Part shown: positions 26,727 through 35,613 of the stretch, piece by piece
Numbering within the stretch: position 1 is the first letter of the stretch
Layout: each line of letters starts with the position of its first letter
From: an uncultured Marinilabiliales bacterium
GTDB taxonomy: Bacteria > Bacteroidota > Bacteroidia > Bacteroidales > BM523
DNA: 54,829 nucleotides
Assembly (NCBI GenBank): GCA_938004395.1
Contig: CALKWC010000042.1
Span: forward strand, 1 to 54,829
Direction: 5' to 3'
Notes under the pieces: model-generated
Seen by the model: the letters and a program-made list of their open reading frames with translations, nothing else
Told to the model about the DNA's origin: nothing
Database searches by the model: none
Made by a program: the position numbers and the translations under genes

Positions 26727-28274
26727 GTGAATTTGTCTTTTCTTAAACATGTAAGAAAGGTAGTTTCACTAGCCTTTTTTCTGGTAGTGTTGTATGCCTT
26801 TATTGATTTTTCCGGAAGTCTCGGAACGGGATTGATTTCTGGTACTTTGTATCTGCAGTTTATCCCTTCCTTGATCAAGTTTATATACACACTTAGTTTT
26901 ACATCCATTGGCTTTTTCTTTGTCTTTTTGGTTACATTATTGTTTGGAAGGGTATATTGTTCTTCTGTTTGCCCTTTGGGTACCTTGCAGGATCTTATTA
27001 CTTTTCTATCAAGAAAGACAGGTATCCAAAAACGGCATAAATATAAGAGGCCTGCCAATATTCTAAGATTTGTAATTCTTGGGGCAACAATTGTTTCAGT
27101 CGCTTTTATTTCTCTCTTTTTGGTTTCAATGATAGATCCATACAGTGTTTTTGGGAAAATAGCCTCTTCAATATTTAAACCAGTTTATGTAGGAGCAAAC
27201 AATCTTCTGGCAGCCATATTTAATGGATTTGATTCTTATGTTTTTTATCAAGTAGAGTATAAGGGATTTTCTCTTCCTGTATTTGTTTTTGCTGTTATTT
27301 TCTTAATTGCATTATTGTTTTTAGCTGCAAAACACGGACGTTTGTATTGCAATACAGTTTGCCCTGTGGGAACGCTACTTGGAACAGTATCAAAAGCTTC
27401 TTTGTTTAAGATTCAAATCAGTGAAAGTAAATGTACTTCTTGTGGTTTGTGTGCAAAAGACTGTAAATCAGGCTGTATTGATTTTGTCAATAAACAGATA
27501 GATTTTTCTCGTTGTGTGGCATGCTTTAATTGTTTGTCTTCTTGTCCTTCAAACGGAATTCAGTATAAGTTGGCCTGGAAAAAAAATGAGAAACAGGTAG
27601 AAATCGGGGACGAAGAGAGGAGATCAGTTATTACACAGTCTTTAATGGCAGTTGGTGGAACAATTGGATTGGGCTTGTTGTCTGAATCGGCAAAGGCGTA
27701 TGGTTTAAAACCCCCGGACAGAGCAATAACTCCTCCTGGGTCGAAGGAAAAGGAACGGTTTCATAATACATGTACTGCTTGTCAGTTGTGTATAAGTCAA
27801 TGTCCTACACAGGTGCTGCAGCCATCATATCTTGAATTTGGTTTCATTAATATGGGGCAGCCTAAGATGGATTTTCACAAAAGTTATTGCAATATCAATT
27901 GTACGGTATGTGGTGAGGTTTGCCCGAACGGTGCAATACTACCGTTAACCAAGGAGGAGAAAAAACTGGAGCAAATTGGAATTGCAAAATTTGTTAGAGG
28001 GCGTTGTGTGGTTTTAACTGAACATACCGATTGTGGAGCTTGTTCTGAGCACTGTCCAACTAAAGCAGTGCACATGGTTCCGTATAAGGATGTTTTTATT
28101 CCTGAGGTGGATGAAAGCATTTGTATTGGATGTGGAGCATGTGAGTATGCTTGTCCTACTACACCAAGAAAAGCCATATATGTTGTTGCCAATAGTCTTC
28201 ATAAACAAGCAGAAAAGCCGGTTAATAGAAGCCAAAAGAAGGAATTCGATCCTGAAGAAGATTTTCCATTTTAG
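26727..28274 (+). CDS. Membrane polyferredoxin (NapH/MauN-like TM domain plus multiple 4Fe-4S motifs); GTG start
   Basis: TM-embedded CSSVCPLGTLQD and CNTVCPVGTLLG. There are six CxxCxxC(xxx)CP clusters (CTSCGLCAKDC, CVACFNCLSSCP, CTACQLCISQCP, CTVCGEVCP, CGACSEHCP, CIGCGACEYACP). Confidence 0.8.
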   Translation: MNLSFLKHVRKVVSLAFFLVVLYAFIDFSGSLGTGLISGTLYLQFIPSLIKFIYTLSFTSIGFFFVFLVTLLFGRVYCSSVCPLGTLQDLITFLSRKTGIQKRHKYKRPANILRFVILGATIVSVAFISLFLVSMIDPYSVFGKIASSIFKPVYVGANNLLAAIFNGFDSYVFYQVEYKGFSLPVFVFAVIFLIALLFLAAKHGRLYCNTVCPVGTLLGTVSKASLFKIQISESKCTSCGLCAKDCKSGCIDFVNKQIDFSRCVACFNCLSSCPSNGIQYKLAWKKNEKQVEIGDEERRSVITQSLMAVGGTIGLGLLSESAKAYGLKPPDRAITPPGSKEKERFHNTCTACQLCISQCPTQVLQPSYLEFGFINMGQPKMDFHKSYCNINCTVCGEVCPNGAILPLTKEEKKLEQIGIAKFVRGRCVVLTEHTDCGACSEHCPTKAVHMVPYKDVFIPEVDESICIGCGACEYACPTTPRKAIYVVANSLHKQAEKPVNRSQKKEFDPEEDFPF

Positions 28275-28284
28275 ATTATAAATT

Positions 28285-29231
28285 ATGACTGAAAAAAAAT
28301 TCAATCGCAGAGATTTCATAAAAAAAAGCGCCATTATTGGTTCAGGTGCAGTTCTTGCAAGTTGTGCAGGTCCTTTGAGTTTATTTGGAAAGGAGCCCGA
28401 TATGGCTGTGATTGAGGGTGATAATTATTATAATATCGCATTGAAATCTATTGAAACTTTAGGAGGAATAGAGAAGTTTGTTCCGCAAAATTCTAAAGTG
28501 GGTATACTTATAAATTCAGCCTTCGATGAAAAGGGGGCTTATGTTAGTCCTGATGTTTCGTTGGCAGTGCTTTGGGCTATTCATCAAACCAATCCTAAAG
28601 AAGTGAAGTGCCTTCAGCTAGTTGCTGATGATTATTGGAAACGTGGTAATTATTATGATGATCACATAGAAATAGTTTCTTCTTTAAAACATGTAGAATC
28701 CAATGTTTTTCCAGCTGAGTTCAATGATGATGAGTGGAAATTGATTGACCTTCCAAAGTCTGTTTCACTAAAGAATGCAGAAATTGTAAAAGCAGTGGAA
28801 GAGTGTGATGTTCTTATCAATGTGGCCATCGCTAAGCATCATGCAAGCGCACTTTATACAGGTGCTCTTAAAAACATGATGGGCAATTGTACCTGAAAAC
28901 AAATGTGCGATTTCATCTTGAAGGGCCCGAAAGGAATGACCCGGATTTTCTCGGCCAGTGTATTGCTGATATTAATCTTGTGAGAAAGCCAGATCTGGTA
29001 GTCATGGATGCAACAGAGTTTATTCTAACCAATGGACCTTCTGGTCCTGGAGAGATGAAGAAAGAGAATAAGGTAGTTGCAGGTACAGATATTGTTGCTG
29101 TGGATGCTTATTGTGCAGGATTTCTCGAAAGGGAAGCTGATGAGGTGGCAGCAATTCAAAAAGCTTCAGCCCTGGGACTAGGTAATATCAATTATAAGGA
29201 TTTAAAAATTAAAGAAACAAAAATGGCATGA
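28285..29231 (+). pseudogene. Second Tat-signal DUF362 gene, interrupted by a frameshift near 28884-28890 (ORFs 28285..28896 and 28887..29231)
   Basis: ORF A ends ...HHASALYTGALKNMMGNCT*. ORF B in another frame continues LYLKTNVRFHLEGPERNDPDFLGQCIADINLV...MDATEFILTNGP. Joined, they are colinear with the paralog at 25799 (KNLMGIVWNRRYWHLHDLHQCIADF...VDAYAVMMENGP). Confidence 0.6.
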
Positions 29232-30073
29232 GAGTATTGATTACCACAATTTTGATTGCTCTTTTATTTTCGTTGTATGCACAAGCGCAGAATAAATGGT
29301 TACCAAAGGGTTATGAGTATACAGATAGTGTCTCTGAATTCTCGGGAGACGATTTATTTATGATGATCAATGGAGGTGCTGACTTGTTTCTTGAATATGG
29401 TTTTAAACGAGTTGAATTACACAAAATAAAAAATAGTAAAAGCACTTACCGGATCGAAAAGTACGAAATGACAGACGGAGAAGCTTGTTTTGGGATCTAT
29501 TCTGTTAAGAAGGGTACCGAAGGAAGAGTTGTGGATATAGGGCAGGCTTGTAAGCTAACATCTAAAGCCGCACATATGTACAAAGATAATTTGTATACGG
29601 TTATCAGTAGTGAAAAAGATGGGGCTGGTGATTTGATTATCCTGGCTACAGCCATTGCCAATTCAATAGATACAAGTGCTGAAGTACCTTATCTGGCAAA
29701 AAAGATGGAAATAATATATCCAATTGATCAGGTTCGGTACCTGAAAGGAAATATTGCTTTGAATAATGTCTTGTACCTCCCATCTTCCAATAAGCTTGAT
29801 TTTAATGAAGCAGTAGCAGGAATCGATAGTGTTGGAATGTATTTGGTTATGCAGTTTGAAAACGAACAAAAGGCCATCCGATCTATGGAAAACTGGAATA
29901 GAAAACTGGAAGATAAATATAAGGTGAAAAACAAGAAGTCAAAAGGTACAGAATATTACAGTTTCAAGTACAAAGACAATCAACCTGTTTTTTACGCTAT
30001 TAGCGGTTTGTATCTCGTTTTAAGTTATAAAAAAGAGAAAGAAGATTTTATTGAATTTCTGAATAAGTTTTAA
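29228..30073 (+). CDS. Secreted hypothetical protein (last gene of the DUF362/polyferredoxin cluster)
   Basis: Signal peptide MRVLITTILIALLFSLYAQAQ. A 4-nt ATGA overlap with the upstream ORF. Confidence 0.5.
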   Translation: MRVLITTILIALLFSLYAQAQNKWLPKGYEYTDSVSEFSGDDLFMMINGGADLFLEYGFKRVELHKIKNSKSTYRIEKYEMTDGEACFGIYSVKKGTEGRVVDIGQACKLTSKAAHMYKDNLYTVISSEKDGAGDLIILATAIANSIDTSAEVPYLAKKMEIIYPIDQVRYLKGNIALNNVLYLPSSNKLDFNEAVAGIDSVGMYLVMQFENEQKAIRSMENWNRKLEDKYKVKNKKSKGTEYYSFKYKDNQPVFYAISGLYLVLSYKKEKEDFIEFLNKF

Positions 30074-30294
30074 AAAGAAATGTGCGACATTTTGCGTAAA
30101 ACTTAGCTATGAGAATACTTTCTGTCGCACATTATCTGTTACCTTAGCCTGCTGATACAAATAAAACAAACTGCGTGCCATATTTTGTAATGCTCAGATA
30201 ATTAGATCTTTGAAGTGCTTTGAGCGTTTTGTTATTTCAGGAAAAGGAATACGAATATGAACACAAAGTGTACAATATTGAACATCTAAGTAAA

Positions 30295-30699
30295 ATGCAA
30301 AAGATTATAACTAAATCAACGGATAAAAAAGACGGTCTGTATGATATTACTTCCGAGGTACATGCGTTTGTAATGGAAAGCAAGGTGAAAAGTGGAGTTA
30401 TTCAGGTTTATGTTCAGGGAGCAACTGCTGCCATTATGATACAGGAAAACTGGGATGATTCGGTGCAAAATGATGTGGTTACTCTATTGAACAGGCTAAT
30501 ACCTGCCGGCATATGGGAGCATGATGCTCAGGATAATAATGGAGATTCTCATTTGAAAGCAGGAATCATTGGTCCGGGAGAAACCATACCCATTGTAAAT
30601 GGTAAAGCGGGATTGTCTACATGGCAAAACGTTTTTTTGTGTGAATTTGATGGCCCACGAAGCGAAAGACGTGTTGTGCTTACAATAATAAGTGTTTAG
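30295..30699 (+). CDS. yjbQ: YjbQ/UPF0047 family (secondary thiamine-phosphate synthase-like)
   Basis: DITSEVHAFV...GVIQVYVQGATAAIMIQENWD...DSHLKA. The family-typical start is MQKIITK at 30295; the track ORF starts at a TTG at 30220. Confidence 0.7.
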   Translation: MQKIITKSTDKKDGLYDITSEVHAFVMESKVKSGVIQVYVQGATAAIMIQENWDDSVQNDVVTLLNRLIPAGIWEHDAQDNNGDSHLKAGIIGPGETIPIVNGKAGLSTWQNVFLCEFDGPRSERRVVLTIISV

Positions 30700-33600
30700 T
30701 ATACAATTATCTTTTTACTTACATATTCTTTCTTATTGTTTAAGATGATGTAATAGATGCCTTTACTTCTGCTTTCAATTTCAACAAGATTTCCATTGTG
30801 TTTCCAGGCTACACTTTGACCATAGCTGTTAATTATTTTTACAGTCGTCCATTCTTTTGGAATAAAAAACACACCTTCATTGGGATTTGGATATACTTTC
30901 ATTTCCTGAACTTCAAACTGCTTTCCAGATAGCAATGTATCCATAGTTTCAAAAGCCCATATTTCTGACCACAGCGACGACTGTCCACCGGATTTGCATC
31001 TTATTCTCCAGTAATAACGCGTAAGCGGTTGTAATTGAAACGAAGTATACACAGTGTCATTTGCAAAACTTGTGTATGAATCAGTAAATGTATCTGTTGT
31101 GTCAATTTCAATTTCATATCCTTGTACATATTCGCAAGGATACCAGTGCAAATCTGCAATTAGCGGAAGATTTACTGAGTCGTTTGCTGGTGTTGCCAGA
31201 ATAGGAACAGGTATGGAATCTGTTGTAAAATGCCATGTTTCACTCCATTGAGAATAACTGCTTCCATTGTATAAACTTACCTGCCAGTAATATGTTTTTT
31301 GGTAATCCAGTACTATGGTTTGTATTGAAGTGTCTGCAATATTTCCCTGCTCTGCTGTAGTAAATCCGGCAATGGTATCGTACCTGTATTCATAATAAAT
31401 TGCTTCTGGATGCGAATACCAAACCAGGTTCATGCTTAGAGGGCACATTGTGCTATCGTTTAGTGGAGCTGCAAGAATGGGTGCGCTAACCGAATCAGTC
31501 GTAAATGTCCAAATATCAGACCATTGTGAATAATTTGTTCCGTCAAAAGCTCTCACTTTCCAGTAGTAAAGCGTTGCGTTAGACAGCTCAGTTATTTCTG
31601 CATGCGATTCTCCTATAAAGTCATTGTTTGCATTGTAGAAGGTGTCATTCGTGGCATACATATATTCGTAAAATGTAACATATGGCATGTGTTCCCATTG
31701 TAATACAGTTGTGTCTGAATTTGCATTAATCGCGCCATTGGCAGGGCTTATCAATCCAGGAGCCTGTAAACTGTCGCTAGTAAAATTCCAAACTGCCGAC
31801 CATTCACCATCCATGAAACCCACTGCAGTAGCTTTTACCTTCCAATAGTATTGAGTTGCATATTCTAATCCACTTATTAGCACACTTGTGTCTGCTGATG
31901 TTGTATTTTGAACCGATATTGAAAATGCAGGATCTGTAGAATATGAAATGGTATATTGTTCAGCATTCATTACCGGATACCAATTAAGGAGAATATCATT
32001 GGGCGTACCCGTTGAATCATTTTCAGGGCTGAAAAGAATTGCTTGTTCAAGCTGGTCCTGTTCTGTGTAAAAATCAAATATGTTACTCCAGTTGCTTTCT
32101 GTAAAACCAGTGCTGGTTGCTTTTACTCTCCAGAAATATTGTGTGTTGTAAGCCAGATTATTCAAAATAAGAGAAGTGTCAGATAGTGTGCTATCTTCTA
32201 TTATGCTTGTAAAACCATTATCTGTAGCTATTTCAAATATGTAATTATCTGCATTTAGCACACTGTTCCAAGTAAATGTAAGATTTGAAACAGTGTTTTC
32301 TGTACTATGGTTTATAGGTGCTACCAGGTTTGGAGTATTCAGGTTGTTTGAATAGCTTGTAAATGAAAATATTTCTGACCAGTCTGAATAATTATTTGTA
32401 CCTATGGTTCTTGCTCTCCAGTAATAAGTGGTATTATAATCCAGGTTTGAAAAGCTGTTTACAAATGTATCTGTTGTTATTGTATCTGCCTGGTAAAAAC
32501 CCGCCAGACTGGTAATTTGATATTCATATCCAACAGCATCTGTTACTTCACTCCACACCAATTGGCCTGATAAGTTCACATCAATAGAGGCATTTGCTGG
32601 TGATATCAATGTAGGGGATTCAGGTAAAACGAGAGGTTCAGATCCTGTGCTAAACCATCTTTCAGCCCAAAGACTTGTGTCTACTGCATTTCGTGCACGT
32701 ACGCGCCAGAAATATATAGTATTGGCCACAAGTGCTCCTGTATTATGCTCTGTATCATTGTTGTAGGAGTTTGAATTTATGTAGCTGTTTGTTGTGCTTT
32801 GAAGCGCATTGGTATTGTACATATTACTGGAATCAATTTCAAGATCGTAGTAATCAACTCCGGCATGAGCAAACCAATCCAGTGTAACTCCGGAAACATT
32901 TTGGTCTAATGCTTCATCTGCAGGACTGGAAAGATTGACTATGTCGTAGGTTGTGAATGAGTAAATAGATGACCATTGAGAAGTGTCTACTGCATTAATA
33001 GCCCTAACTTTCCAATGATATGTTTTTCCAAAATATAAGTCTGTGATGTACTCTTCAGTATCGTTATTGTAGCTTGATGAATTAATGTATGTTTCCTGCC
33101 CTGATATTAAGACTGGTGAAGAAAAGTTTTGTGAAGTGTCAAGCTGGTATTCATAAAAATCAACTCCTGCATGTGCATACCAGTCCAGATTAACCCCTGT
33201 ATATTGAGTACTTCCGTTTGTAGGATCTAAGAGGCTTACGTTATCTCTTGTATAAAATGAATAGATATTAGACCAGCCTGTAGTATCGTCAGCAGTTCGT
33301 GCCCTGACTCTCCAATAATATGTTTTGCCAAAATACAGGTCTGAAATGTATGCTTCTGTATCGTTATTATAACTTGATGAGTTAATGTAAGTTGTTTCTC
33401 CTGTAATAAATGCAGGAGAGCTGAAGGATAAAGAAGTATCCAGTTGGTATTCATAATTTGAAACACCAGCAAAAGCATACCAGTCTATTGTGAGGCCTGT
33501 ATATTGATCACTTTGGTTTGCAGGGGAGCTTATGGAAATGATATCACGACTTGTAAAACTATACACTACAGACCAGGAAGAAGTATCAACCGCATTGATT

Positions 33601-34802
33601 GCCCGTACTCTCCATGAATATGTAGTGCCAAACAGGAGGCCTGTAATGTATGCTTCTGTATCATTGTTACTGCTTGATGAATTTATATATACATTTTGGC
33701 CCTGGTCTAGCAATGGAGAGTTAAAGTCGGCTGAAGTATCTATTTGGTATTCATAAAGATCAACACCTTTATGTGCATACCAATCAATAGTTACTGAAGA
33801 AAATTGATCACTCCCATCCGGAGGATCTGCCAGACCGATCATATCTTTTGTCGTAAATGTGTAAACCAGAGACCATTCTGTTGTGTCAACTGTATTTCTT
33901 GCCCTGACACGCCAATAGTAAGTCGTTCCAAAAAACAAATTTGTCAGGTAGCTTTCTGTATCATTGTTATAGCTTGATGAATTATTATATACATTCTCTC
34001 CTGTCATCATATGCGGAGAATTGAAAAGTGGTGTTGTATCCAGCTGATATTCATTAAAATCAGCGTTCTCATAAGCATACCAATCCAATGTTACGCCAGT
34101 GTATTGTTCACTTTCATTTTCAGGAGAAGTTAGGTTAACAATATCTTTTGTTGTAAAATTAGCAATTACTGACCATTCCGATGTATCGTTTGCATTTCTT
34201 GCCCGTACTCTCCAGTAATAGGTTTTTCCATACAGTAGGTTTTCTATATATACCTCAGTATCAGAGTTAATGCTTGAAGAATTGATGTATGTGTTTGTGC
34301 CACTTCTGTATTCTGAGCTGTTGAAATTGCTGGATGTATCAAGTTCATAATCATAATAATAAACACCTGTATGAGAATTCCAGTCAAGTTCTAGTCCCGC
34401 ATAGGTTTCTGCTCCAGGTGAAGGACTTGCAAGAATGATTTGTTCCCTTGTGTTAAAATAATTTGTTGTCCATTCTGATGTGTCTCCTGTGATGTATGCC
34501 CTTACACGATAATGGTAAGTTGTGCCAAATAGAAGGTTAATCGTATCAAAACGTGTGTCGCTATTGCTGCTTGAAGTGTTTATGTATGTTTTTATTTTGG
34601 TAATGAGTAATGGTGAATCAAAAGCAGATGAAGTATCCAGTTGAATTTCGTAAGCTTCACTGCTTGCCACCGCATTCCAGTTTAGGCTTAACCCTGTGTT
34701 GGTTTCTTCTCCGTTTAAAGGATAACTTAGGCTGGGTGGATTCCATGCAAATGCTGTAAAACCTGAAAGCAACAGAATAAATAGGCAAAGATTTTTAATC
34801 AT
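30696..34802 (-). CDS. Giant secreted protein with 13 tandem FN3-like repeats and a T9SS C-terminal sorting domain
   Basis: Signal peptide MIKNLCLFILLLSGFTAFA. There are 7 long and 6 short repeats, each ending in a ...TYYWRVRA...W(S/T)..(W/Y).F.T motif. The CTD is KVYPNPNEGVFFIP...GIYYIILNNKKEYVSKKIIVY. Confidence 0.8.
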   Translation of the reverse strand: MIKNLCLFILLLSGFTAFAWNPPSLSYPLNGEETNTGLSLNWNAVASSEAYEIQLDTSSAFDSPLLITKIKTYINTSSSNSDTRFDTINLLFGTTYHYRVRAYITGDTSEWTTNYFNTREQIILASPSPGAETYAGLELDWNSHTGVYYYDYELDTSSNFNSSEYRSGTNTYINSSSINSDTEVYIENLLYGKTYYWRVRARNANDTSEWSVIANFTTKDIVNLTSPENESEQYTGVTLDWYAYENADFNEYQLDTTPLFNSPHMMTGENVYNNSSSYNNDTESYLTNLFFGTTYYWRVRARNTVDTTEWSLVYTFTTKDMIGLADPPDGSDQFSSVTIDWYAHKGVDLYEYQIDTSADFNSPLLDQGQNVYINSSSSNNDTEAYITGLLFGTTYSWRVRAINAVDTSSWSVVYSFTSRDIISISSPANQSDQYTGLTIDWYAFAGVSNYEYQLDTSLSFSSPAFITGETTYINSSSYNNDTEAYISDLYFGKTYYWRVRARTADDTTGWSNIYSFYTRDNVSLLDPTNGSTQYTGVNLDWYAHAGVDFYEYQLDTSQNFSSPVLISGQETYINSSSYNNDTEEYITDLYFGKTYHWKVRAINAVDTSQWSSIYSFTTYDIVNLSSPADEALDQNVSGVTLDWFAHAGVDYYDLEIDSSNMYNTNALQSTTNSYINSNSYNNDTEHNTGALVANTIYFWRVRARNAVDTSLWAERWFSTGSEPLVLPESPTLISPANASIDVNLSGQLVWSEVTDAVGYEYQITSLAGFYQADTITTDTFVNSFSNLDYNTTYYWRARTIGTNNYSDWSEIFSFTSYSNNLNTPNLVAPINHSTENTVSNLTFTWNSVLNADNYIFEIATDNGFTSIIEDSTLSDTSLILNNLAYNTQYFWRVKATSTGFTESNWSNIFDFYTEQDQLEQAILFSPENDSTGTPNDILLNWYPVMNAEQYTISYSTDPAFSISVQNTTSADTSVLISGLEYATQYYWKVKATAVGFMDGEWSAVWNFTSDSLQAPGLISPANGAINANSDTTVLQWEHMPYVTFYEYMYATNDTFYNANNDFIGESHAEITELSNATLYYWKVRAFDGTNYSQWSDIWTFTTDSVSAPILAAPLNDSTMCPLSMNLVWYSHPEAIYYEYRYDTIAGFTTAEQGNIADTSIQTIVLDYQKTYYWQVSLYNGSSYSQWSETWHFTTDSIPVPILATPANDSVNLPLIADLHWYPCEYVQGYEIEIDTTDTFTDSYTSFANDTVYTSFQLQPLTRYYWRIRCKSGGQSSLWSEIWAFETMDTLLSGKQFEVQEMKVYPNPNEGVFFIPKEWTTVKIINSYGQSVAWKHNGNLVEIESRSKGIYYIILNNKKEYVSKKIIVY
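30935..34745 (-). repeat. Coding tandem repeats (about 270-300 bp units, 13 copies) inside the FN3-like T9SS protein
   Basis: Repeats 2-7 share long identical peptide strings (LDWYAHAGVD.YEYQLDTS..FSSP....G..TYINSSSYNNDTE.YI..L.FGKTY.W.VRA.NAVDTS.WS.IYSFTT.D). Confidence 0.75.
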
Positions 34803-35061
34803 ATTGAAATTGTTTAAGCGACGATGTGTACACAAAGTTAAAACAAAGAGATTTCAAAGACAATAGAGAATCCTCAATGTCAATAAAATTAATGGATTAA
34901 TTTTCATCTAAAAATGTATCTTTTTAACAATATATTTCGTATAAACTTTGATAGGGTTTTTACTTTTTGTTGTGTATAATGAAAAAGGGCATAAAAATTA
35001 TATGCATCAAAGGTAGGTGCAACCTTTTTGAGTGTATTAATGTCATACCATTACGAGTAGC

Positions 35062-35613
35062 ATGCTAGACGAAGCGCAAATAATTGTAAGGTGCAAGAAA
35101 AATGACAAGCGGGCGCAAAAAGATCTATACGATCATTATGCCCCAGTGTTGCTTGGTCTTGCAATGCGTTATGTTTACGATAAAGCGGAAGCAGAGGATA
35201 TTTTGCAGGAAGCTTTTTTGAAGATTTTTATTAAAATAAAGCAATACTCGGGCAAAGGTTCTTTTGAAGGCTGGATGAAGCGCATTGTGATTAATACTGC
35301 AATTGGTAATTTCAGAAAAAACAATAAGCATTATCATCATCATGATATCGTAGACATAAATGAAACCGAAATTGAAAATTATGTGATTTATGATGCTGAT
35401 TTTACCAAGGAAGAGTTGTATTCTGTAATCCGTTCGTTGCCGGAAGGATACAGAATGGTATTTAATCTTTATGCAATAGAAGGGTATAAACACAAAGAAA
35501 TAGCAGAAATGCTAAGTGTAGACATTACAACTTCAAAATCACAGTTTTCCAGAGCAAGAAAATTGATACAGAAAAAATTGTTTGAATTAAGTAAGGAAAA
35601 GGTTACTGCATAA
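35062..35613 (+). CDS. ECF-type RNA polymerase sigma-70 factor
   Basis: Region 2 is DAEDILQEAFLKIF...FEGWMKRIVINTAI. Region 4 is LPEGYRMVFNLYAIEGYKHKEIAEMLSVDITTSKSQFSRARKLI. Confidence 0.85.
   Translation: MLDEAQIIVRCKKNDKRAQKDLYDHYAPVLLGLAMRYVYDKAEAEDILQEAFLKIFIKIKQYSGKGSFEGWMKRIVINTAIGNFRKNNKHYHHHDIVDINETEIENYVIYDADFTKEELYSVIRSLPEGYRMVFNLYAIEGYKHKEIAEMLSVDITTSKSQFSRARKLIQKKLFELSKEKVTA

Noticed and set aside
30078-30133. 11-bp inverted repeat aatgtgcgaca / tgtcgcacatt with a 33-nt spacer downstream of the DUF362 cluster
   Set aside because: There is no T-run, so it is not a canonical terminator, and a single occurrence gives no evidence of function. It could be a weak terminator or an operator for yjbQ. 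Noted only.
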